Origin: a virus
Lineage: Duplodnaviria; Caudoviricetes
Virus record (IMG/VR): IMGVR_UViG_3300037280_000106
Coordinates: 1 to 61,797 of that record
Reading direction: 5' to 3' (one strand)
DNA length: 61,797 bases
Part shown: positions 32,039-41,102 of the stretch, piece by piece
Numbering within the stretch: position 1 is the stretch's first letter
Layout of the letters: each line of letters opens with the position of its first letter
Program-made: the position numbers and the translations under genes
The notes under the pieces: model-generated
Database searches by the model: none
Told to the model about the DNA's origin: nothing
What the model saw: the letters and a program-made list of their open reading frames with translations, nothing else

Positions 32039-32308
32039 ATGGGAAAAGCATTAATTGCTATATTAGTTATTATATTTTTATATGTTGGTCTACATAGATA
32101 TGAACAAATTCAGAACTATGAGGCAAAAGTAAAAACATACAATACAATTGTCGTACTTAATGATTCAATAAGAAACGAAATTGCTGCTGGTAAGGCTTAT
32201 TATAATTATCTTATTTATAAAAGAGAAGTTATAAGAGAATGCAACAGACGTAATGTCGAATTGGACATGGACGCAATTGACTTAGCATACGAGCAATTAA
32301 AAAAATAA
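32039..32308 (+). CDS. Membrane-anchored hypothetical protein
   Basis: N-terminal hydrophobic helix. Confidence 0.55.
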   Translation: MGKALIAILVIIFLYVGLHRYEQIQNYEAKVKTYNTIVVLNDSIRNEIAAGKAYYNYLIYKREVIRECNRRNVELDMDAIDLAYEQLKK

Positions 32309-32439
32309 TATATGGGACACTATTGCGATTATTACGATTTTTACAGTGAGAGAGATCAGATTTTAAAAATGCGTAGAGAGAAAAAGCACAAGGTATCCTG
32401 TGCGATAGGTCATTCAAAACGTAAAAAGAAACGTTAAAA

Positions 32440-32835
32440 TATGAACGTGGTTTCATAAGGTGTTTTTCAATCGTATACAGGTTGAGAGCATTGAGGGGAG
32501 TTTTAAGAGTGAAAGTATAGGAAGATCGATTAATTCCTAATGATAGCGATTAATAGCGGCTCGTTGCCGCACATGTTTCACCATGAGGGCTTTTGAGGGT
32601 ATGCATACTTTCTTAAGTTATTGACTGCCAAGTCTAAAACGCTGAGATATCTAAGGCGATGCGGATTATAGTCTCTAAAACTCAACAGAATAAAGATAAG
32701 TTCAGTTCTGCTTAAGGTAAATAGTAACATGCGTAGTATGTTAAAGGTCAATACCGAGATCGTTATTTGCTGAGAGTTCAGGCACTGCCAGAAGGTAGGT
32801 TAGCCAAATTATGACTTGGTAAGTCAGACCAGAAA
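32440..32835 (+). ncRNA. Candidate large structured non-coding RNA
   Basis: About 400 nt without an ORF inside the tRNA island, with several short hairpins. Confidence 0.4.
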
Positions 32836-32850
32836 TGTTCTTTAAAGGTT

Positions 32851-32928
32851 TGCGATGTGGTTCGTAGTGCTATAGTGGAATGTAAAACTGCATAAGTCAG
32901 CTTGTCGGTGAAAATCCGATCATCGCAA
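32851..32928 (+). ncRNA. tRNA-scaffold RNA containing a solitary CRISPR repeat (32865-32887)
   Basis: TGCGATG/CATCGCA acceptor, GTCGG-TGAAAAT-CCGAT T-arm; internal TAGTGCTATAGTGGAATGTAAA matches the array repeats. Confidence 0.75.
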
Positions 32929-32959
32929 ATCTTTTTTTAATTTTTAAGTACGTAATATC

Positions 32960-33408
32960 ATGGGAAGAACACTAGAAGACTTTGACAAATTCACTACACA
33001 AGACTTATTCGACGAAATCCTTAGCATGGAGAAAGGCGATCTGTATGATGGTTGTAGTAGCAAAGGCTTACAGCGTGAACAAAATGCCGCAAAAAAAGTG
33101 TTCGGAGAACGAATGCAAAAATTAGGATTTGATTGGATTTTATAAAATTAAAGATGAAGAAAAACACAATATTTATAATTATAATGCTTGCTCTATGTCT
33201 TGCTGTCGCAGCATATTCCGCTTACAGCGTATCAAGTAGTTATGATAGAATGATTTTAGCTATTGACAAGGCATCTAACGATGCATATGTTCAAGGTTTG
33301 GTTGACGGTATGAACTTTAAAAACATAAATGATACGTCAAAAATCAATTACAGATATAAATTGGTCTTAGTGGGGGATTCCATTCTAAAGCCAATCAAAA
33401 AAAAATAA
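32960..33408 (+). other. Two small hypothetical ORFs (32960-33145; 33133-33408 with a signal/TM segment)
   Basis: ORF track. Confidence 0.5.
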
Positions 33409-33565
33409 GAACACCACTCGGCTGACGTTTGGGTTCGATTAATAGCTGATGAAGTATCAGGGTTGTTAGAACCATGATGAAATATGGGAATTTACTTTGA
33501 GTAGTCGGCTATTTTTATTGTATTTTTTGTAACAAATTTTAATTTGTAACGTATAAGTAATAAAT

Positions 33566-33700
33566 GGCGGAATAGCGAAATTGGTACACGTTATATTTGG
33601 ACTATGGGCGATGTTTAACGATAAGACAAACTCTAAATTCCATTTATAAGCTCAGACTTATCGCTTACGAGTGCTACTGGTTCGAGTCCAGTTTCTGCCA
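33566..33700 (+). ncRNA. Leu-type tRNA-like RNA with an insertion of roughly 50 nt in the anticodon region
   Basis: GGCGGAA/TTCTGCC acceptor, GCGAAATTGGTACACG D-arm, ACTGG-TTCGAGT-CCAGT T-arm; 135 nt; directly after the promoter at 33528. Confidence 0.65.
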
Positions 33701-33773
33701 CAGGTCGGGTAATGCCCGAATGAACTTTGGAGTGCGAGGTAGCCAAAGCCAGATCGAAAAAATGCTCGCCCAT

Positions 33774-33852
33774 GTCGATTTAGCTCAGTCTGGTAGAGCA
33801 GCGTAAATCCTACAACGGTGGTTGGTCGGAAGTTCGAATCTTCCATTCGGCA
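33774..33852 (+). ncRNA. tRNA-like RNA with scrambled anticodon arm
   Basis: TAGCTCAGTCTGGTAGAGC D-arm, GGAAG-TTCGAAT-CTTCC T-arm. Confidence 0.6.
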
Positions 33853-33939
33853 CAATGCAGTATTCTCCGAAAGGAACGAGCATTAATAGTAACATCGCCA
33901 GCGAGGTTCGCACTAAAGCTTTAGCAACTGGCATTTTAT

Positions 33940-34139
33940 GGAGTTATGCGACAGGGATTTGTCGCACCTATTTATAGGATTGTAATGACCTGTTTATAGG
34001 ATGGCAATGATGCAGAAAAGAATTATTGAGTAGTAACATTTAGCTGATGTTACGATTCAACCGATCTGTAATCATAAATAAAAATAGCAATTGCGCAGTT
34101 GCTTATTTTAGCCTTTGGGTTCGACTCCCTTTAGCTTCA
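33940..34139 (+). ncRNA. 200-nt RNA closed by a tRNA-like acceptor stem and T-arm
   Basis: GGAGTTA/TAGCTTC-A, GGG-TTCGACT-CCC, internal hairpins such as TGCGAC/GTCGCA. Confidence 0.55.
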
Positions 34140-34144
34140 CATTA

Positions 34145-34304
34145 GGAGAGGCGGCTCATAAAAATCTGGAAAATCCAGATGCTGAAAAGTATAAAAAATT
34201 CTTCTCCGCACAGTACATGAGGTATAATTGTTCGCTGTATATGGCTTAAGTAACATATATGGAATCGTCTTAAAAAATGAGCAAGGCTGAGACATACCTC
34301 TCCA
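34145..34304 (+). ncRNA. 160-nt RNA closed by an acceptor-like stem
   Basis: GGAGAGG/CCTCTCC-A, GCTCAT/ATGAGC, ATCTGG-AAAAT-CCAGAT hairpin. Confidence 0.45.
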
Positions 34305-34314
34305 CATTAATACA

Positions 34315-34355
34315 CCTTCCATGCCTCTCTAAGATGCACACTTGGAAGGTTTTTT
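34315..34355 (+). terminator. Hairpin with T-tract ending the RNA island
   Basis: ACCTTCCA...TGGAAGGT followed by Ts. Confidence 0.55.
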
Positions 34356-34614
34356 CTTTAAAAATACATTGTTATGGAAATTTATTTTGTTTTTGATCTT
34401 GTAGCATTTTTCGCATTCCTTATATGTACAATCGTAAGCTTCGGAATGTCTGATCTTTACTCTGATATCTGTGAAAAGAAATGTTGGCATAATTATGGAA
34501 TGTTCTATGGAGTGATGACTGTTATATGTTTACTTGTTTTAGTATTGTTAATAATCATCGGAATAAAGACAGCATAAATTGTAACAAATGCAATTTTCCA
34601 ACGTATAAGCAAGT

Positions 34615-34902
34615 ATGAATCAAAAATTAGATCGATTATTAAAGGGTGAGACATTCACTACAAACGAAAAGGGTAATTCAATGTCGCCTCTCATTAAGTC
34701 TGGTCAGGATCATATACTTGCGCCTGTTAAACTAGAAGAACTCGTTAATGGCGATATTGTTTATTGCAAAGTAAGGGGTAATTTTTATACGCATCTAGTA
34801 AAGGCAATCAGCAAAGAAAGAGGTGTCTTAATTGGCAATAATCGGGGTAATATCAATGGATGGACTAAACAAGTCTACGGTAAAGTAATTAAAATAATTT
34901 AA
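34615..34902 (+). CDS. Peptidase S24/S26-like domain protein
   Basis: KGNSMSPLIKSG, GDIVYCKV, YTHLV, NGW...VYGKV. Confidence 0.65.
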   Translation: MNQKLDRLLKGETFTTNEKGNSMSPLIKSGQDHILAPVKLEELVNGDIVYCKVRGNFYTHLVKAISKERGVLIGNNRGNINGWTKQVYGKVIKII

Positions 34903-34912
34903 ATAGTATAGT

Positions 34913-37900
34913 ATGAAGGTGATTAATAAAACTGAAACCATTATGAACATAATGGATGCCATTAAAAGCGAAAACTCTGATGGCGTGAATCTGGAAAAGC
35001 TGGCTGAAAAGCTTAAAAACCCTACAGATGAATTTATTTTGAATATGGCAACTTATTACAATGCCGTAATTGTTTACGAAGACAAAACTGTATAACATGA
35101 ATTGTATTGAGAAATTCTTAGAATGGCTTCCCTTCTCATTTGAGTCTGAAATGAAGCGTATTGACAAAAGCTTTATTAAGATAATGAATGATAGAACTGC
35201 TAACTTGGACTATGATGCGATGGCAAAAAGCTATCAGTCAGATAAATCGGAAAGCGAAAAGCCTATTGCTGATATTTTGGTAGATATCATGAATAAACCA
35301 TGTGAGATTAAAAAACAAGACAATGGCGTTGTTGTGTATCTTTGGCGACCAGATTCCTTTGAATTCGTTTTGGTAATGCTCGACGAAATCAGTAAACGTA
35401 TGGGTAGACCCTCGAAAATTGATATGAAGGCTTACATGAATGATGTTATTCCTACGAAATATTACTCATATGATTGGCATAAAACACTGCCAATTATGTC
35501 ACTTACATGCCTTTGTAGCGAAGTGTCAAAAAAACACCATGATCGCATGGACGTCATACTTATTGTCACGAACAATATAAACATCTAAGCCATGTTACAT
35601 AGTAATACATTGGGTTCGGTGACTAAATATCCTGTCTTGGAAGCTTTAACAACTAAGTTACAGGAATTGAATGACAACCAAAGAATTTATATCGTAAGCT
35701 TATTAAATAGGTTTGATCTTGTGATTAAAAACGCCCGAAAGATCGAAGATTTCCAATTCAGAAATTACATTTTAACTTTAGTCCGAAAGGATTATCTTGA
35801 AAAAATTGACGAATTCATGGTAAAATATGACAATAAGTCTATGACATACTTGAAGTGCTTCATGATAGCTAGAATAAGAAATGAGATTATTCCAGATACT
35901 TTTAAGTAAATTGTTGTAACCTTTTTATTACAAGTACGTATAAGTAAATAAAAACAAATGAAAACAAGACTCTATCTGATCGTAATTATTTTACTCATGG
36001 CTATTCAAAGCGTTGATGCAGTGAATACAAAACCTTTACAATGCGTACTCACTGAGAAATACGGCATGTATGAAAAGGCTGAAACTGATACCGATGGCTA
36101 TACGTCATACATATGGGAGACTTCTCTGAATGACTTCTCAAAGGGAATGATCGAGACTATTAGTAAATATGTTGGCGATTTGCCCTACAATAAAGTAATC
36201 GGAAGATACTATGGCGACGCAATCCCAGCTGTTGCTGATATTGTTGAGTGGGAAAGTCAAACAATCTATGTCTCAATGGTTAAAGTTTACGGTAAGTTAG
36301 AGGTTGATGGCACTAATTTTGAAGTAATGAGTCTAAGCGTAATCATAAAAAATAAGAATGGTAAGCTTAACTCAAAAAATCAACACACAGTACAAGAAAG
36401 ATTACGTCCTTAATTTATAAACGAATACAAATAAAAACATGATATTTCAAATTTATTTTACTCTGGTTCTTTTAGCCTTTGCCACTAGACTAATGGCTGA
36501 TACAAACACTGATCATGATATTCTCAATCATATTGAAAGGCATCCTAAATGGAAAATGGTTTCAAATATCGCTGGATGGACGTTATTTGCGTTAGCTGTG
36601 ATAGCATTCCTGTATTTCATATGGTGCTTTCCGAAACCATCATATATTCTATAACCAAGAAATTAATACAATGGAAAAGAGAAATTTAACAATTACTGTA
36701 ACTGGAAATGCTGGTTCAGGTAAGTCACACCTTTTATACCTGCTTAAAGGGTTTCTACGTGACAATGGCTTCGATGTGAACCATCATGTAGGTCATGACT
36801 TTGACTCTGAAATAGGCTTCGATTGGTGCGTTGACACTAATTTCAACAAAGCTGTCGAAGCATTGAGAGCAAATACGACTATAACGATTAACGAGGTTCA
36901 AACAGCACGTGAGCCTGTAAAATAAGCACTATGCACGAAATTACAATTGAGGAACTGAAAAATGGTAATACCATTTTTGTAAAGAAATTTGGCACAGATA
37001 TGACTGTAGCCGAAATAACCAAATTGCCAAACAAAAGCTATGAAATAACTTTTGAAAATGGCGATACAATGATCTGTAAACCACGTACTAAACTGGAATT
37101 ACATGTTGGAAGTAATTAAAATAGGCGAAGCAGAAATAATCTTACAGGATTACGAATTCGGTAAAGGTAAAATAATAATTGCTGCACCTGATTGCAATTT
37201 CTCGTATCAATGGGGTGCTATGAATAACAATATTAGAGGATTTTTACTATCTAGTAACACTGATTACATTGTGAGGGCACTTAGCAACTCCAATGATAGA
37301 GGCGTATTTGATGCTAAAGCGACCTTAAAGGCTGTTAGACATTATATCCGAAAAGAAATGTTTCATGAGTTGCCTTGGTACAAATGGCGTGAAGCACAAA
37401 AAGAACTTCGATCAGAATTCAAACGGATTGAAAGCGATTGCGAAGACGAAAGAGAATTTGTCGATAGAATGCAGCGAATTAAAGATATTTGCTTTGACAT
37501 TGATGATCATAGAGAAGAAAGAGATTTTAAAGAAACCATTGGGGCATTTTGTGATGAACCTTGGAATTTTATCTGCAAAGGCGATTCGTATGAAACGAAT
37601 TATTTAAAAAAATTATTTCCATTATTACAAAAAGAGTTGAAAAGATGAAGCTATTCATAACAGATTTTGCTGACCCTAGTGTTGGCTTGTTTCAAGCATC
37701 TTATGATGTAGTGTGCCCTTTTGAAAAAGAAGACGTTCATGCTTTGTCATTCTTCAAAGAGGAAATCAAAAAAATATACTCGGAATTTGCCGAAGGAAAA
37801 GTAGTCGCAGAGTATGACTTTGAAAGGCTTGATCGAAATGAAAGCGAAATACCAGAAGAAATTGAACATGACACATATGGCGTTATCGAAGATTGACGAA

Positions 37901-38542
37901 GAATATGTTCTGGAAAGAATAAAAAATGAATTCTGGATTGATCGTTACGGTGCATGTCATTATTACACTGGAACACTTGAAGATGCGTATCAAGTCACGT
38001 CCTTTCATTTCAATATTGCTAGAAACCTCTATCCAACAGTTAAATATCCTGACGATGTACTAACGAGATTAGGATGGATTGCCGTTGGTTCGGGTTCTTA
38101 TAAGCCTGAGATTTGTAAAAGTCCCACTGATAGTCAATGCCGCACAATGCGTAAATTGGGACATTGCTCAATTACATTATATAATGGAACAGAATTAATG
38201 CTATAATTATGCAAGAGATTTACATGGAAGTAACACTCCAATATATGTTTGCTATTGGTAAAATGGCTGACGCACAAGCACTTGTTGACAAATCAACCCA
38301 ACATGTGCTTGAAACAGTGAGTTATATTAAGATGAAGCCAGAAAATGAGCCGACCAATTAAAGATACGCCTATATTATATGGCGAAGATGCCCGAAGTTT
38401 CATTTATAACCATGAGCATGCTGTAAAGCTTCCAATTGAGGTTCGTGAAAGAATGCAAAAAAATTATGAAAAAATTTGTAATCTTTCCAATGGCGGCAAC
38501 CTCTCTGGAAATACTTGTCAACAGACGGTTATACAATCGTAA
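34913..38542 (+). other. Cluster of about 11 hypothetical ORFs, including a secreted protein (35958), a short P-loop ORF (36671, GNAGSGKS) and an antitoxin-like peptide (38345)
   Basis: Packed ORFs; motifs as stated. Confidence 0.55.
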
Positions 38543-38599
38543 GTGGATTACATGGACTAATAAAATTCATAGTAGTATTTATGTGAAAAATAAACTACT

Positions 38600-39124
38600 A
38601 TGGAACAAAAAATAAGCGATCTTGGAGTTAACTTGATAAAGCACTACGAGCAATTAAATGATGGCGACTTACAAGCAATAGGACTACAACCAAAGCCAGA
38701 TGTAAGTGGATATATGACAATTGGTTATGGTCGTGTTTTAATTAGACCACAAGGCGGATATATAAAAACAATTGCGGACGTTGCCAAATATTTTCCTCAA
38801 TATCTTACAATTGACGAACCACAGGCAGCGCAATATCTTAAAGAGGATTGCGATAGATTTGAAGACAGCATCAATTCACTTGACTTACAACTAAGTCAAG
38901 GTCAATTTGACGCACTCGTTTCATTCGCATTTAATGTTGGGTTTGGTGCTTTAAAGGGATCAACCCTATTAAAAAGAATTAAAGGCATTGTTAGCACACC
39001 TTCAATTGAGGTCTGCTTTGGAATGTGGAATAAGTCTGCTGGCGTTGCTTACAGAGGTCTTACTTTTCGTCGCCAATCAGAATCTTTGCTGTATAGTACT
39101 GGCGTACTTAAATTTTTCAATTAA
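38600..39124 (+). CDS. Endolysin, GH24 (T4-like) lysozyme
   Basis: LIKHYE...D..G..TIGYG, QFDALVSFAFNVG, STLLK, GLTFRRQSE; GTATTTAT upstream. Confidence 0.9.
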   Translation: MEQKISDLGVNLIKHYEQLNDGDLQAIGLQPKPDVSGYMTIGYGRVLIRPQGGYIKTIADVAKYFPQYLTIDEPQAAQYLKEDCDRFEDSINSLDLQLSQGQFDALVSFAFNVGFGALKGSTLLKRIKGIVSTPSIEVCFGMWNKSAGVAYRGLTFRRQSESLLYSTGVLKFFN

Positions 39125-39125
39125 G

Positions 39126-39578
39126 ATGAAAAAAGAAACTAAGAGAGAAGTATCAAATATAGCTAAGAGGCTTAATGAGATACTTGATACGTATAACCCA
39201 TCATCGGCTACGCCGCCACCATCGTCAATGGCTGGGGGAACAACATTAGTACCCGATGAAACTGGCAATCATCCTCAAATGCGCACAGACGAGCAAACAG
39301 CACCGTTACCGCCACAAGTGAACGCAGCATCAACAACGCCACCAACCACTGCTCAAAGTGCTCCTATGGCATCGGACGTAAGGACATTGCAAAAAGCAAC
39401 TTCCAATGCCAATACTGTTAATAATGCTAGCAAGCGTATTAATACTGCAACGGAGTTTCCACAAGCATTTAAGCTATGGTTTGGCTCTTTAGGATATAAG
39501 CCAGAGAATCCAGCTATTTCAATCATGCGTGTGAGATTAGAAATTGAAAAAGCCATGCGTGAAATGGGATATAAATAA
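39126..39578 (+). CDS. Hypothetical late protein, Pro/Thr-rich (start reassigned to MKKETK)
   Basis: ATG just after the lysozyme stop codon. Confidence 0.55.
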   Translation: MKKETKREVSNIAKRLNEILDTYNPSSATPPPSSMAGGTTLVPDETGNHPQMRTDEQTAPLPPQVNAASTTPPTTAQSAPMASDVRTLQKATSNANTVNNASKRINTATEFPQAFKLWFGSLGYKPENPAISIMRVRLEIEKAMREMGYK

Positions 39579-39665
39579 TAAGATATTCAATGAGTTATAA
39601 AAAGGTTGCATTAATTTGTAACCTTTTTTTGTTTTACACGTATAAGCTAAAAACAATTAACAACT

Positions 39666-40182
39666 ATGGAAAAGGAAATGAAATATTTGGTTGGTGAGTT
39701 TCAGATAACTGGCAATAATCAGATTAACGTCGATCTGGTATGTAAAGATTGGGGACATTTATGGGTAATCCTTCAACATGAGGATACCTATAGGCTGGTA
39801 AAGTATGTTCGTAAAGATTCACAAAACACAGCCCTAAAGACTGACATATCACAGATACAGGCACTCGAAATAATTAAGAAATTGAATTTAACAGGAAGCG
39901 AAACATTTTTACGCTGTTCAACAGCTTGGAGGTAATATTATGAATAAGAACGAAGCATATCAGGAAATGAAGAAAGGTAATGCTGTTAAAGGCGAGTACT
40001 ATACCGATGAAGAATACGCATTCATTAATGCAGAAGGCAAAATCGAAACAGAAGAAGGCTGCGTTCATGGCGGCAGATTCGATGAATTCTGGGATAGAAT
40101 ACAGGTAGAGGAAGGCTGGTCATTATATACAGGTGTAAGGAATCCTGTTACGCCAAGAAAGAAATTCAACATTTTTAATTAA
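39666..40182 (+). other. Two small hypothetical ORFs (39666-39935 and 39940-40182)
   Basis: Follow the promoter motif at 39617. Confidence 0.55.
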
Positions 40183-40230
40183 TTGGCGGATTTTGACTAT
40201 GCGCACAGTATTTATAATGAAAATAATTAA

Positions 40231-41064
40231 ATGAAAGAAAAATATAAAAATGAATTGAAAATTATAGATACTCAAGAAAAAGCATATCTACTTGGTTTTA
40301 TGTATGGTGATGGAACTATTAGCACATATACTGAAATAAATGGTAGAATAAGACACCTATCAAGAATATCTATATGTATTGATGATAAGGATATGCTTTT
40401 ACAACTGTTAAGCATATTTCCATATTTTAATGTTGGGTATTTTGATTTTTCAAAATACAATTTAAATAGCAAGAAACAAATTTCATTGTCAAAATCATCA
40501 AAAGAATTATACAATGATCTTCTCTCGAACGGCTTATTTCCAAGAAAATCGTATGAAAATGCTTGTAAGCTAAAATTACCTGATATTAATCAATTGTTAA
40601 TACCACATTTTATTAGAGGCTTTTTTGATGCTGATGGTAGCGTATATATTCCAACACGTAGAAGAAATTTATTAACAATGGAATTCAGTTCTGTATCGAT
40701 GGAATTACTTGAAAGCCTTAATATATATTTAAAATCAAAAAATATTAATTGCTGGAAGATTAACACCAAGCATCCAAGCAAGGGTAGGCAAACATGCCAT
40801 GCACTAGTATTCAATAAAACTGCTGAAATTCAAAAATTAATTGACCTAATGTATAAGGATTCGATCATATTTTTAAAGAGAAAAAAAGAAAAATGTATTC
40901 TCTACAAGCCTGTTGATAAGGTCGGCGATAGAAATATGACTTGCAAATTTTGCGGTAGTAATAGAGTGCAAAAAAATGGAACTAGAGGCGACTCAACAAG
41001 ATTTATTTGCGATGATTGTATGAAAGGATTTTCAATAAAAACTGTAACCTTTTTAAATAAATAA
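40231..41064 (+). CDS. LAGLIDADG homing endonuclease with C-terminal Zn ribbon
   Basis: AYLLGFMYGDG, HFIRGFFDADGS, CKFCGS...KNG...FICDDC. Confidence 0.88.
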   Translation: MKEKYKNELKIIDTQEKAYLLGFMYGDGTISTYTEINGRIRHLSRISICIDDKDMLLQLLSIFPYFNVGYFDFSKYNLNSKKQISLSKSSKELYNDLLSNGLFPRKSYENACKLKLPDINQLLIPHFIRGFFDADGSVYIPTRRRNLLTMEFSSVSMELLESLNIYLKSKNINCWKINTKHPSKGRQTCHALVFNKTAEIQKLIDLMYKDSIIFLKRKKEKCILYKPVDKVGDRNMTCKFCGSNRVQKNGTRGDSTRFICDDCMKGFSIKTVTFLNK

Positions 41065-41102
41065 CGTATAAGCATATATAAACAATTAAAATAAAAATAA
41101 AA

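Noticed and set aside
33940-34139. tmRNA or group I intron
   Set aside because: Too short; no tag peptide or intron core motifs recognised
30275-34322. Short ORFs at 30275, 31281, 33597, 33658 and 34137
   Set aside because: They overlap tRNA-like RNAs and are shadow ORFs
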